Both the position numbers and the translations under genes were made by a program. From a virus: a DNA stretch of 64,000 bases. Shown piece by piece: positions 45,994 to 58,300 of this stretch. The notes under the pieces were generated by a model. It had not been told where the DNA came from. It worked only from the letters and a program-made list of their open reading frames with translations, and ran no database searches. How positions within the stretch are numbered: the stretch's first letter is position 1; each line of letters begins with the position of its first letter. The stretch is from the IMG/VR virus record IMGVR_UViG_3300046167_000876; one strand, 5' to 3'.

Positions 45994-46770
45994 ATGAAAT
46001 TAACAGCAGAGCAAATTCAAGCAAATTGGGTTGAATTTAATACTAATATCGAAACATATATAACTGGTGATCGTAAACAGAAATTACTTGATTTCTATAA
46101 AAAATATGAAGACCGTATTATTCTAATGCCGGCATCCCATAAGAAAGAATACCATTCAGCATTCCCAGGTGGGTATGTAGATCACGTTAATAGAGTAGTA
46201 AAAGCCGCTTTATCCATGTCCGCTGTATGGGAAGGATTTGGTTGTGATATGACTACTTTTACCCAGGAAGAATTGGTATTTTCGGCGATTAATCATGATT
46301 TAGGTAAAATGGGAGATGAAGAACATGAATCTTACATACCTCAGACTGATCAATGGAGAAGGGATAAATTAGGTGAAGAATATATGCATAATAAGAAAAT
46401 TGCATTTGCTTCTGTACCAGATCGTGGATTATTTTTATTACAATCATATGGGATACAATATACATTTAATGAAATGTTAGCTATCCAGACCCATGATGGT
46501 TTATATGATTCTGCTAATGAAAAATATTTAAAATCATTTATGCCAGAAACAAAACCTCGTACATCTTTACCATTTATATTACACCAAGCTGATATGATGG
46601 CTGCACGTATTGAATTTGAAATTGAATGGCTTCCAAAGTTTTCTAAAGATAGCGTGGCTACGCCAAAGAAGAATTATACATTGTCATCAAATAAAAAAAC
46701 TAATACCAAATCTAAGGCACTTAATACAATTACAAGCCCAGGTTTAAAAAATATGTTAGATAATTTGTAA
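45994..46770 (+). CDS. HD-domain phosphohydrolase (YhaM/TraI-like HD)
   Basis: PAS...YHSAFPGGYVDH, NHDLGK, THDG, LHQAD. Confidence 0.85.
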   Translation: MKLTAEQIQANWVEFNTNIETYITGDRKQKLLDFYKKYEDRIILMPASHKKEYHSAFPGGYVDHVNRVVKAALSMSAVWEGFGCDMTTFTQEELVFSAINHDLGKMGDEEHESYIPQTDQWRRDKLGEEYMHNKKIAFASVPDRGLFLLQSYGIQYTFNEMLAIQTHDGLYDSANEKYLKSFMPETKPRTSLPFILHQADMMAARIEFEIEWLPKFSKDSVATPKKNYTLSSNKKTNTKSKALNTITSPGLKNMLDNL

Positions 46771-47042
46771 TGATAGAAATCATAATTATTATATTAAGCT
46801 TATTAGTCGTTATCTTAGGATATACGACTTTTAACCTTTTACGTAAAAATGAAAGAGCAGAAGATATTATAATTCAATACAATGAATATATTGGTGAATT
46901 CAATAAACAACTTAAATTTACTAGTGATCGATTAAATAAAATTGATGCTAAAGGAATTTTTGAAAGTGATGATGAAATCGGTTGGTTTTTTAAACAAATA
47001 AAAAACTTACAAGACGGGATGGATAAGTTCCGAATCAACTAA
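46770..47042 (+). CDS. membrane-anchored protein
   Basis: N-terminal TM helix, FESDDEIGWFF. Confidence 0.7.
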   Translation: MIEIIIIILSLLVVILGYTTFNLLRKNERAEDIIIQYNEYIGEFNKQLKFTSDRLNKIDAKGIFESDDEIGWFFKQIKNLQDGMDKFRIN

Positions 47043-47753
47043 ATGGCACTACCTAAAAAAAGAAGAAAAAAGAGTAAAAACTACTTTACTCAAGAGACAG
47101 AGGACTATATTGTTAAATATAATAACCAACCTGATCCAGAAATAAGAAGTGTGATATATGAACAACATATTCATTATCCCTTTTTTAAGCTTACTCAAAA
47201 TATAATTCATACTTTTAAATTTTATCATACTGAGGTTGAGAATTTAGAACATTTGCAACATGAAATAATAACCTTTTTATTGTCTAAGATGCATTTATTT
47301 GACCCTGGAAGGGGAGCAAAAGCCTATTCTTATTTTGGAACTATAGTAAAACGTTGGTTAATACTATATAACCAAAAAAATTACACTAAAAAAATAAAAA
47401 AAGTAGATGTAGATGTACTTACTAGTGAAAACTCAACCCATACTTATAAAATGGATGAGAATAAAACTAAAAGTGATTTAGATAAATATATAGATTTATT
47501 TGTAGATCATACTACTCAAAATATATTAGAACTTTTCCCAAAAAAGAATGATGCTCAAATAGCAGATGCTATTCTTGAATTATTCAGAAAAAGAGAAACA
47601 TTAGAAGTATTTAATAAAAAAGCACTTTATATATACATTAGGGAAATGGTAGATGTAAAAACTCCAAAAATTACAAAAATAGCGGATAAATTACATGATG
47701 TATTTAAATCACAATATATTTTTTACCTAGAGAACGGTTACGCTAAATTCTAA
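47043..47753 (+). CDS. phage sigma factor (T4 gp55-like, late transcription)
   Basis: KNYFT N-terminus and region-2-like LFDPGRGAKAYSYFGTIVKR; directly upstream of the structural module. Confidence 0.7.
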   Translation: MALPKKRRKKSKNYFTQETEDYIVKYNNQPDPEIRSVIYEQHIHYPFFKLTQNIIHTFKFYHTEVENLEHLQHEIITFLLSKMHLFDPGRGAKAYSYFGTIVKRWLILYNQKNYTKKIKKVDVDVLTSENSTHTYKMDENKTKSDLDKYIDLFVDHTTQNILELFPKKNDAQIADAILELFRKRETLEVFNKKALYIYIREMVDVKTPKITKIADKLHDVFKSQYIFYLENGYAKF

Positions 47754-47768
47754 ATCCTTTTTATATTC

Positions 47769-47778
47769 ATATTTATAA
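47769..47778 (+). promoter_or_regulatory. candidate late promoter ATATTTATAA (also at 29289, 31397, 42534, 45231, 50975)
   Basis: Exact 10-mer 4-25 nt upstream of six start codons, several of them virion genes. Confidence 0.55.
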
Positions 47779-47790
47779 TAAAATAATATT

Positions 47791-48150
47791 ATGGGATCAT
47801 TGGATAGTGTTGTATTTGGGAAGAAAAAATTTTCCAATATTTTAGAAGAAATATACAACAATCAAAAAAAGAAAGAAAAACAAATATCAGGTTTAATCTC
47901 TGAACTTAAACCCCTTATTAATGATATAGGTGATGCAACTTTAATTGTACCCCTTATAAAAGAATATATGGATATTGGTGTTCGTAACGATGAACAATTA
48001 ATTAAAATGGCTACTATAGTACAACGTGCACTCAATAATAGTTCCAGCGAAGATTCTATGGGTATAACAGAAGAAGAAAAAGCAGATTTAATGGCTGAGT
48101 TAGACAAACTTAATAATAACTTCGAGGAAAAAAAGGAAAATAATGAATAA
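47791..48150 (+). CDS. hypothetical protein (helical)
   Basis: First gene of the late module. Confidence 0.7.
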   Translation: MGSLDSVVFGKKKFSNILEEIYNNQKKKEKQISGLISELKPLINDIGDATLIVPLIKEYMDIGVRNDEQLIKMATIVQRALNNSSSEDSMGITEEEKADLMAELDKLNNNFEEKKENNE

Positions 48151-49477
48151 AGCAGGATTTGGTGGTTTAAATTCTACATTTAATGCAACAATCCAGAATA
48201 GAGAAGATATTTTTTCTCAACTAGATTCATTAAAAGCTCAATTTATTACTGCTAGAGTAACGGATATAATTATTAGTAATACTCATCCCCTATTTAATAC
48301 TTATGGTGGGTGGAATGGGTTAGGTACTATATTTTTTGAGCCTATTTCTAATTTGGGATCAATTGAAGAAACAACTACTAATCCAACAGCAACCCCTTTA
48401 TTACCTTATTTAAAAAATTATCCTTTAATTAATGAAATAGTAGTATTATTTAACCTTCCAGGTAAAAATGTAAGTCAAATTACAAATAATACTAATATAT
48501 TACAATATTATTATCTTAATCCTGTAGGTATTTGGAATCACCCACATCATAATGCTTATCCTAATTCTTTAAGTACAAATAATCCTGGAAAAGAAGTAGA
48601 TTATGAACAAATTGAAAGTGGTATAGTTCGTAGAGTTACAGATTTTTCAACAGATATAAAATTAAATAGCCCCTTATTAGAAAAAGGTTCATTTGTAGAA
48701 AAAACCAATATCCATCCTTTACTTCCCTTTGCTGGTGATAATATATATGAAGGTAGATGGGGAAATTCTATAAGGTTAGGTAGTACAGTTCCTAAAAATT
48801 CAATATCGGGTTCTTCTAATACTGATGATTATCAAAATAATTGGTCATTTGTTGGAAAAAATGGAGATCCTATTACAATATTAAGAAATGGTCAACCTAA
48901 AGATTCATCTGATGCTGGATGGTTGCCTATTATAGAAGATATAAAAGAAGATTTATCATCTATTTATATGACTTCATATCAACAGATCCCTTTAAGAGCA
49001 GCAAGTGAAAATTATTCTGCATTAAACCCAGAACCTTTATTACCCCGAGAATTTTTTAATCCCCAAATAATTTTAAACTCAAATCGTTTAATATTTAATG
49101 CTTCTTCTGATAGTATATTAGCAAGTGCTCAGGATTCAATTTCTTTGTCTTCAAATAATCAAATAGGACTTACTTCTAAAAATATAAATATTTCATCCCC
49201 AAGTATTAAAATAGGAGGTACAACTGCAGATGAACCTGCTTTACTAGGAGGTTCTTTTATACAACAATTTAGTATTTTAGTTGAGCAAATTCAAGTATTA
49301 GCTGTTGCTTTAAATGGTTTAGAAGGTTATGATATAAATGCAACCAACATTGAAACATCAGGTGTTGATTTAGCTGCTCAATCTTTAATGGATGTATGTA
49401 AAAATATAAAAAATTTACTACCAAAAGATGGTAAGATTACATCCCCATTATTATCTAATTCTATAAGACTAAAATAA
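48143..49477 (+). CDS. probable baseplate hub/spike protein (gp5/GpV-like)
   Basis: YPLINEIV (OB-like), GDNIYEGRWGNSIRLGS, beta-repeat-like C-terminus; next to gp25 and gp6. Confidence 0.55.
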   Translation: MNKAGFGGLNSTFNATIQNREDIFSQLDSLKAQFITARVTDIIISNTHPLFNTYGGWNGLGTIFFEPISNLGSIEETTTNPTATPLLPYLKNYPLINEIVVLFNLPGKNVSQITNNTNILQYYYLNPVGIWNHPHHNAYPNSLSTNNPGKEVDYEQIESGIVRRVTDFSTDIKLNSPLLEKGSFVEKTNIHPLLPFAGDNIYEGRWGNSIRLGSTVPKNSISGSSNTDDYQNNWSFVGKNGDPITILRNGQPKDSSDAGWLPIIEDIKEDLSSIYMTSYQQIPLRAASENYSALNPEPLLPREFFNPQIILNSNRLIFNASSDSILASAQDSISLSSNNQIGLTSKNINISSPSIKIGGTTADEPALLGGSFIQQFSILVEQIQVLAVALNGLEGYDINATNIETSGVDLAAQSLMDVCKNIKNLLPKDGKITSPLLSNSIRLK

Positions 49478-50970
49478 TGGCAAAAGATAATTCAAATCCA
49501 AATAATGTAGGTAGTTTAGGTACTCAATCCTATTTAGCTTCTTCATCTTTAATTAGACAAGGAACTAATGATATAGGATATATTAACATTTTATCTTTAA
49601 ATGATGGTGCTTTAAAAACAGAAACTGTTGTAACTAGCACAGATTCAATACCTAATAAAATATCAGAAGCTTCAGATACTTTACCTAATGACCAATTAAT
49701 AATTAATGCCTTAGATGAACTTCAAAAAGATATGAATGTTGATCCTGGTACTTATACTATTAGTTCTACAACCTATTATGAAGTACCTAATACAATTAAA
49801 AAAGAATATATAATTAAGGGTACTGTAATTGACTTTTATAAAAATGAAACTATAGCTAATGCTAATGTAATATTACCTCTTCCTGGGACTAAGTTTAGTA
49901 CTAGAACAGATAAAAATGGAAGATTTAAAATTAAAGCTACCTACCCAGTTAATAAAGATACTGAAAAAGTTGCTATAAAACCCCCTATTTTAGTTACAGC
50001 AAAAGGATTTATTCCTCAAAAATTAACTCCGTATGCTTTAGATTCAACAGTAAGAGAAGATCTAAAAACTACAGAATTAAAATCTGTAAAGGGTTTAACG
50101 GATAAAGCTAAAGCCGATTTAGCAAGAACTAAAGCACAAACTATACTTTTAATACAAGCATTAGGCAAAAAAAGTACATTAAAAATTTTGCTAAAAATGT
50201 TTATTCAACAATGTAAAGAAAGATTAATACCTTTACTTTTAACTTTATTACAATCTTTTTTAATAGGTGAAATAATTAAATATCTAACTGGTCAAATCAC
50301 CGCAGAAGAATGTGAAGGACCATGCCCATCCCCAGAAGAAGTAGAAAAAATAAAGGCAAAAAGAAATAGAATTGTAAAACAGTTAAATCAAATTTATAAA
50401 ATGTTAAATACTGCTTTAATTATAGCAGGAATTTTAGGTGGATTATCAGCTTTACTTTTAATTGCTTCTCAAATTATTAAATCAATACCACTACCAACTT
50501 CTGTTCCTCCTGGTGTTGGTATCCCTACAAGTTTAATCCTTAGATTTCAAACCTTAATAACAAAACTAGAAACTTTATCTAAAACCATCTTCACCCTATC
50601 TTTAGGTATAGCAGGTGCATTACTTGTTTTATTAGGATTATTAAAACAAATAATTCAATTACTAAACTTATTAGACCAACAATTTGAAAGATGTAGTGAT
50701 ACCGAAGGGTTAGATGAACTTGATTTCCAATTAATCCCAGATGAAGCAGAATTAGATACTCCATCAAATGATACAGTAAATGGTTTTACTTTAACCACAG
50801 TAGCTGATAATAAAGGAATAGTTGGTTCATTACAAAAAAGATATGCTACGGCAACAGATTCATTAGGTGTTGTAGTTTTAAAAGGAGAACCATCATTTAG
50901 TGCAAGTGACCAAATTTTAATCGATGAACTTGCATTTTATATACGATCAAATGATTTAAAAGCAAACTAA
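49477..50970 (+). CDS. structural-module protein with carboxypeptidase-regulatory-like domain and hydrophobic hairpin
   Basis: IKGTVID...ANANV...RTDKNGRFKI; long hydrophobic helices around IPLPTSVPPGVGIP. Confidence 0.55.
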   Translation: MAKDNSNPNNVGSLGTQSYLASSSLIRQGTNDIGYINILSLNDGALKTETVVTSTDSIPNKISEASDTLPNDQLIINALDELQKDMNVDPGTYTISSTTYYEVPNTIKKEYIIKGTVIDFYKNETIANANVILPLPGTKFSTRTDKNGRFKIKATYPVNKDTEKVAIKPPILVTAKGFIPQKLTPYALDSTVREDLKTTELKSVKGLTDKAKADLARTKAQTILLIQALGKKSTLKILLKMFIQQCKERLIPLLLTLLQSFLIGEIIKYLTGQITAEECEGPCPSPEEVEKIKAKRNRIVKQLNQIYKMLNTALIIAGILGGLSALLLIASQIIKSIPLPTSVPPGVGIPTSLILRFQTLITKLETLSKTIFTLSLGIAGALLVLLGLLKQIIQLLNLLDQQFERCSDTEGLDELDFQLIPDEAELDTPSNDTVNGFTLTTVADNKGIVGSLQKRYATATDSLGVVVLKGEPSFSASDQILIDELAFYIRSNDLKAN

Positions 50971-50998
50971 TCTAATATTTATAATAAATCAATATAAC

Positions 50999-51394
50999 AT
51001 GAAATTAAGTCAATTAAAAACTATTGTAAAAGATGCTGTAAAAGAGGCAATTCAAGAGGAAATGAAAGACATTCTTATGGAAGCTGTACGCTCTCCTAAA
51101 CAAACTGTTTATGAAAATAGAATGGGTACTCCTACAACAAATGTAGCAGCACCAACCCCAATGAACCCAGTGATGCAATCATCACTTCCTGAAACCGATA
51201 AAGCAACATTAAGAGAAAATATGATGAATGTTTTAGATGGTATGAGACCTGGAGCTAATGGTACATTAAGTGCAAATACAAATAATATGCCTTTAAAAGT
51301 AGCAAGTGGTGATACAACATCTCCAAACGGAAGTTTACCTGAAGGAAATGTTAGTATGGATCAAATTATGGGATTAATGAAAGGTAAAGTATAG
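50999..51394 (+). CDS. hypothetical protein (likely virion/assembly)
   Basis: MKLSQLKTIVKDAVKEAIQEE N-terminus; late motif upstream. Confidence 0.65.
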   Translation: MKLSQLKTIVKDAVKEAIQEEMKDILMEAVRSPKQTVYENRMGTPTTNVAAPTPMNPVMQSSLPETDKATLRENMMNVLDGMRPGANGTLSANTNNMPLKVASGDTTSPNGSLPEGNVSMDQIMGLMKGKV

Positions 51395-51395
51395 T

Positions 51396-51803
51396 ATGGC
51401 ATTTGGAGCACAAAGAATATTTCCCAATGACCAAAGACCTCAAGTAGCAATTGGTTTTAACCTTCCTATGAATGAAGGTGGGGTATTCACTCCTAATTAT
51501 CAAACTAAACAAGCAATTAAAAACAATTTAATTAATTATTTTTTAACTAACCCAGGAGAAAGACCTGGTAATCCTACTTTTGGAGCAGGATTAAGAGAAT
51601 ATATTTTTTCTCAAATTGATAGTCAAGATTTAGATTATATTAGAGGTGATATACAACAAAAATTAATAGATTATTTTCCTAATGTAAGAGTAAATAATAT
51701 AACAGTATTACCAGCAGAAGAAGAAAATACCATAAATATAACCATAACATATAGTGTAGCAGATACAAATATAAATGATACACTAAATTTAAGCTTTAAC
51801 TAA
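51396..51803 (+). CDS. baseplate wedge protein (T4 gp25/GpW-like)
   Basis: IKNNLINYFLTNPGERPGNPTFGAGL. Confidence 0.88.
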   Translation: MAFGAQRIFPNDQRPQVAIGFNLPMNEGGVFTPNYQTKQAIKNNLINYFLTNPGERPGNPTFGAGLREYIFSQIDSQDLDYIRGDIQQKLIDYFPNVRVNNITVLPAEEENTINITITYSVADTNINDTLNLSFN

Positions 51804-53715
51804 TGGCAATAAGAAGAAATATAAATTATACGAATAAAAATTTTAGAGACTATCGTTCTCAATTAATTAATTATTCCCAAACCTATTTTCCAAATACCTA
51901 TACAGATTTTACAGAAACTTCTCCAGGTATGATGTTTATAGAGCAGGCTGCTTATGTTGGTGATGTTTTATCTTTTTATTTAGATAACCAGGTTCAAGAG
52001 AATTTTTTACAATACGCTAGACAAAGTAGTAATTTATATGATTTATCTTATATGTACGGCTATAAACCTAAAGTAACAGGTTTATCTTCTGTTGAATTAT
52101 CATTTTATCAATTAGTTCCATCTAAGATATCGTCAAGTATAGATTCAGGAGGAAATACAAATAACCTTTATGTTCCTGACTTTAGTTATGCTCTTTATAT
52201 TGGAGCTAATACTACTTGTCAAACAGATAATAGTATATCTTTTACTATAGAAGATCCAGTTGATTTTACAATATCTGGTTCATCTGATCCAACTAATATA
52301 AGTGTTGCTCAAGTATCTAATAATGAACCTACTTATTATTTACTAAAGAAAAAAAGAAATGCATTATCTGGAGCTATAAAAAATCAAACTTTTTCATTTA
52401 ATGAACCTCAGGAATTCCCTACAGTAGTACTAGAAGATAATAATATAGGAGGTATATTAGATTGTATTGATAGTCAAGGTAATCAATGGTTTGAAGTAGA
52501 TTATTTAGGACAAGAACAAATATTTACAAATATAAAAAATGTAAATGTAAATGATCCTAATAATTATGCTGAGAGTGATAATGCTCCTTATTTACTTCAA
52601 ACTAAACAGGTACAAAATAGATTTGCTACTAGATTTTTATCTTCCAATCAACTTCAAATACAATTTGGATCAGGAAATCCTGCAGATACAGATGAAGATA
52701 TAATTCCTAACCCTTTTAATGTAGGTTTAGGATTACCTTTTGAACGTAATAAATTAACAACTGCTTATTCTCCAACTAATTTTATATTTACTAATACTTA
52801 TGGAATAGCACCTAGTTTTACTACTTTATCAATTAGATATTTAAAAGGGGGAGGTGTTTCTTCTAATGTAGCTGCTAATAGAATTACAAAAATAAATACT
52901 AATAATACTAGATTCCAAACCCAAACACTTAACTCTACAGTAGCCCAAACAGTATTTGATTCAATACAAGTAAACAATGAATCCGCAGGCTAGTGGAGGT
53001 AGTAATGGAGATTCAACTGAAGAATTAAGACAAAATTCTATATCACAAATATCAAGTCAGTTACGAAATGTAACTGCAGATGATTATTTAGTAAGAGCCT
53101 TAAGTATGCCAGCAAAATTTGGTATTATTTCTAAAGCAATTACTCAAAAACCAAAAGCAAATGATCCTAATACTACTTTAGATTTATATGTTTTATCCCA
53201 AGATTTAAATGGTAATTTAACATATGCTTCTAATGCTTTAAAATCTAACCTAAGAACATATATTAATCAATATAGAATGATAGGGGATACTATTAATATA
53301 AAAGATGCTTTTATAATTAATATATGTATTAACTATGAAATAATAACTCTCCCAGATTTTAATAATAGTAATGTATTAACTTCTTGTAATGTTGCTTTGC
53401 AAAATATTTTTAATATAAATAATTGGCAAATTAATGAACCAATATTATTAAGAGATATAAGTACAACATTAGATAATGTTCAAGGAGTTCAAACAGTAAC
53501 AAATGTATCTATTTTAAATAAAGCTGGAACACAATCTGGATATTCAAAATATGGATATGATGTAACCGGAGCTTTGCAAAATGGTACTATATTCCCTTCT
53601 ATTGATCCCATGATATTTGAAGTAAAATACCCAAATACTGATATAGTAGGTAGAGTAGTTAGTTTAGGACAAGGTGGGGGGAAGTACAACAAATGGTGGA
53701 GGTAGAAATTATTAA
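51803..53715 (+). CDS. baseplate wedge protein (T4 gp6/baseplate J-like); extra bases near 52988 and 53676-53681
   Basis: FPNTYTDF...GDVLSFYLD..E.FL..AR, IQFG, ASGGSNGDS.EELR, RNVTADDY; two listed ORFs joined. Confidence 0.82.
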
Positions 53716-53725
53716 AACATAAACA

Positions 53726-54877
53726 ATGGCAGTATATAAAATTTTCCCACTTCAAGATGCAACCGTGTATTCAGGATACCCAGAAATGAATACGGGTATA
53801 GATGCAATTTTAGAAATATCTAGTACATATCCCTCTACATTTTCTACTCCTATTGTAGCAAGATCTTTAATCCAATTTGATCAATCTCAAATTAATAGTA
53901 TTATTGATACTTTAAATACTGGTTCTACTGCAATATCTGCAAGTTTAAAATCATTTATTTCAACAGCTAATGGTATAGTGATGAAATCTGATTTATATGT
54001 ATATCCTATCTCAGGATCTTGGAATAATGGAAGTGGTGAATATTCAGATAGCCCACCTACAACTAATGGTGTTAGTTGGGAATTTAGATCAAATAACGGG
54101 TCTAATGCTTGGTCTACTAATAATTTCGCAACTAATGTTACAGCTTCATTTATAACGGCATCTGAAGGTGGTGGTACATGGTATACAGCATCTAGTGATA
54201 CTAGACTTAATTTAGAATATTCTCAATCTTTTAATTTAAGAACTGAAAAAGATATAAATGTAGATGTAACAGATATAGTTAAAACATGGTACTCTAGTTC
54301 ATATAACATACCTGGTACTTATACTGAGATAGAAAATAATGGGTTTATTTTAAAATGGAGTGATGAAATTGAATTTGATTCTAATTTATCTATCCAACCT
54401 AAAATGCAATTTTATTCTGTTGATACAAATACCTATATATCCTCCTCAATTAGAAATAAAATGGAGAGATTATAAATATTCTACAAATTTACCTATAATT
54501 AGTACACCTGATTTATATTTAGCTATTGATAATAATCAAGGAGTATTTTATAGTGAAAGTATTAACCAATTCAGAATAAACTGTAGGCCAGAATTCCCAA
54601 CTAGAACGTTTCAAACCTCTTCTGTATATACCTGATAATTTTGCCCTTACCCGAAGAATCATATTATGCTATAAAAGATTTAGATACAAATGAATTTGTA
54701 ATTGATTTTGATGAAGAATTTACTCAAATTAGTTGTGATTCCACAGGAAGTTATTTTACATTATATATGAATGGACTAGAACCTGAAAGATATTATGAAA
54801 TATTAATTCAAACTACTGTAGATAATAATACTATAGTAAAAGATGATCAATATTATTTTAAAGTTGTAAATGGTTAA
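53726..54877 (+). CDS. virion structural protein; three listed ORFs joined across single-base insertions (~54432, ~54631, ~54645)
   Basis: Removing single extra C bases gives a continuous frame (DTNTIYPPQLEIKW...YTDNFALPEESYY). Confidence 0.65.
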
Positions 54878-54882
54878 ATATT

Positions 54883-55359
54883 ATGCAAACTGAAAACATT
54901 GATTTAAAAAAAGAAGTTTTTAATAAAACTCAATATGAACAAGTAATTGATACCAGTTTTTCTCAATTAGGCGTCCCTTCAGTTAGTGCTAGTGCTGAAG
55001 ATCACAATAAGTGTTGAAGAATTCTTTGCATATTATAATGCTCTTTTTTATGATATACCACCTAATGGGGATACTAATTCACATCAATTTTTAGTAGAAC
55101 AAAGTGGTCAATATATTAATTTTGATGATTTATCAGCAGAAATTATAGCACTACAAGAAGAAATTGCAGGTTTAAGAAAAGAATTACTAGCAGAACAAAT
55201 AAAAGTATTAGAATTAGAATCTGGAGTTTCACTGTTGATACTGGTTCTTTAGATTTAGGAGTAGATAATAACCCATTAATCAAATATTTCTACTAATATA
55301 GCTAGCAGGTGGTGCATCAGCAAATTAGTGGAACAGATACAAATACTAGTGTTTATTAA
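54883..55359 (+). CDS. virion-module hypothetical protein with several single-base insertions; 3' end uncertain
   Basis: MQTENIDLKKEVF...AED joins TISVEEFFAYY after a +1 base near 55003. Confidence 0.5.
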
Positions 55360-55371
55360 TAGCAACATTAA

Positions 55372-58300
55372 ATGGAAAAAATACATAGTCATAAATACCA
55401 AGTAGATCCTCAAACATTTGAATTTCAAGATTATTCTACTTCAGATGAAACTTTAATTGCTAATAACAGTTTAGATACTGCTTTTACTGCCTCTAGTGAT
55501 TATATTGAAGCCTACATATATGATGGGAACCAAAATAGAATTTCAAGTCAAGTTCCTTATACTAATTATAGTGTTACTGAAGGAGATATAGTATTAAAAC
55601 CCTCTAATGATTTAGAAAGATTAGGTTTTGATATGGGTTCATATTATATATCATATGACTTTTATAGACCAAGATTAGGTTCTACTTTAAATACCCAATA
55701 TTATATAAGTGAAATTAGTTCGGATAGAACTGAAATTCGATTAGATAGTACCCAAATTACTAATGAATTATTAATAAGTTCTAGTTTAGAATTTATAGCA
55801 TATAGAGATGAAGCAGAATATTTTGTAGATTTTTTCCTTAATTTTGGTAACAATCAACAAGTAATTGCTAATAATATTGAACTAGATTTAGAAGATGAAT
55901 TAAACCCTACGGTTTTAATTAAATTGTATGAACCTCTTCCTAGTAATTTTACAACAAAATCTCAATGTACCGTTGTAGAACAAATATCTACACCTCAATC
56001 TTATAATGTTGTTTTTCCTCCATTAGATTTTACACCAGATGATTTTAGTTATATATCAGGCCCTAATTATAGTTTAAATATTAAAGGAGAATCAGGGTAC
56101 TCCTGGAATGGATTTTTCATATAATACTTTAGTAGAATCTGATTTAACGTCTTCTTTTAATCAAATAAATAGTTTACTTACTCGTAAAGAAATTGATATT
56201 AATATTAATTATGAAGATTATAATGATTTTATTTACTTTTCTTCTGCCTATACCAGATTACAAAACTTTTATCATAAAGTAGGAGTAATACAATCTGCTA
56301 GTTTACAGTTAGGTAAAATTACCTCAGCAACAACTGGCTCAGAAATTTATAGTTCTAGTCAAGCAGTATTTAGTCAAACAATTCAAGATACTATTAAAAA
56401 TTTTGATGGTTATGAATATTTTCTTTACTTTAACAGTGGATCAGATTCTTCTTATCCTAAATCTAATTCGGAACCACCATTTATTTTATATCCTACGGGT
56501 AGTACAGAAGTTTTAGAATGGTTAGGTTCAACAGATGATGAAAGCCCTTATTATGGTGGTCAATCAATTACTGCTTCTAATTATGATGAAGAAAATCAAA
56601 ATTCATTATATTTTGCAATTCCAGAATATCTAAGAAGTGATCCTCAAAATGTCAAATATGAATTGTTTGTTGATATGGTGGGACAACATTATGATAATTT
56701 ATGGTTATATACTAAAAATATTACTACTAAATTTGATGCTGATAACCGTCTAGATTATGGTATTGCAAAAGATATGGTAGCCGATGCTATTAGAGATTTT
56801 GGGGTAAAATTATATTCTAATAATTTTAATACTAACGACTTATATACAGCATTTTTAGGACTAACCCCTTCAGGTAGTTCATTTCCTTTCCCATATATGA
56901 CAGGATCAATTGGTGGTGCTGTTAATACACCTTCTGGGTATGAATATGTAGATTCAACAATATCTGCATCAAACGATATAGTTCCATTAGACGATGTTAA
57001 TAAACGTTTATATAAACGAATTTACCATAATTTACCTTATTTACTTAAAACTAAAGGAACAGTAGCTGGTTTAAGAGCATTAATTACTTCATATGGTATC
57101 CCAGATACAATTTTAAGAATAAATGAATTTGGGGGTAAAGATAGAAATAACTCCCAAGATTGGGATTTAAAACAAGATTTTTATAATGTTGGGTTAAATA
57201 CAACCAGTTCAGCTTTTACTTCTTCATTTAATTTAAATAGTGATTTTAACGCAGATGAAAACTCACCGGGTGCTATTCAATTTAGATTTAAAACAAATGG
57301 AATACCTTCTGCTTCTAATACTCCTATCACTCAATCATTCTTTTATAGCAGCACAGGAGTTGGGAGTAAAATTGCAATGGCTTTAGAATATAATGAAAGT
57401 TTATTATTAACTGGATCATATTCAGGATCAACAGAAAGTAAATATAAAAACTATGGTACTTTAAAATTTTGGCCTAATGAAACAATAAACCCTGGAAATT
57501 ATGCTTCGTTATATTTACCATTTTGGGATGGTGATTGGTGGTCAGTTCAAATTAATAGAAAAGATGGTAAATTTGAATTATTATCTGCTAATGCAATAGG
57601 AGAAAATTTAGGATTTACAGGAAGTGATGAAATTAATGCTGATACTACTAAGTGGGAAGCTGCGGATCAAATGTTTTGGTTACCTCAAACTTATGTTTTA
57701 TTTGATAGTACTTATTACTTTCCATTCTCTGGATCATTACAAGAAGTAAGATATTTTACAGAACCCTTAAGTCAAAGTGTATTTTTTGATTATACTATGA
57801 ATCCTTATTCATTTGAAGGAAATAATATAAATAGTGCTCCTAACCAACTAGCATTTAGATTACCATTAGGTACAATGTTAAAAACAGGTTCATTTAATAC
57901 ATCCATCCACCCTAAAGTTACTGGATCTTGGGTTACTACCTCTTCATTTAGAAATGATATAGCAAGTACTGCATCATTTTCATCAGCTAAACCTACATGG
58001 TTAAAAAATATAGAAGATGTATACCCTGATCAATCTCCATCAGGAATGAGAAATAGAGTAACAGATAAAATACAGACAGAAGCACTTATACTTCCTGAAG
58101 GTGATACTTTATCTGGATATGAATCAATACAACAAACTTCATATGTAAGTGAAAGTTTTACTCCTAGTATAAATTATTTAGAAGTAGCATTTTCACCTCA
58201 AGATCAAATTAATGATGATATTACAGGTCAATTAGGGTATTTTAATATAGGGGAATATATTGGTGATCCACGATTAATATCCTCATCAGATAGAACTTAT

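Noticed and set aside
52977-56124. Stop-codon reassignment or programmed frameshifting explaining fragmented baseplate genes
   Set aside because: Breaks are frame changes, not in-frame stops; TAA, TAG and TGA all end intact genes; no shared slippery site or stimulator
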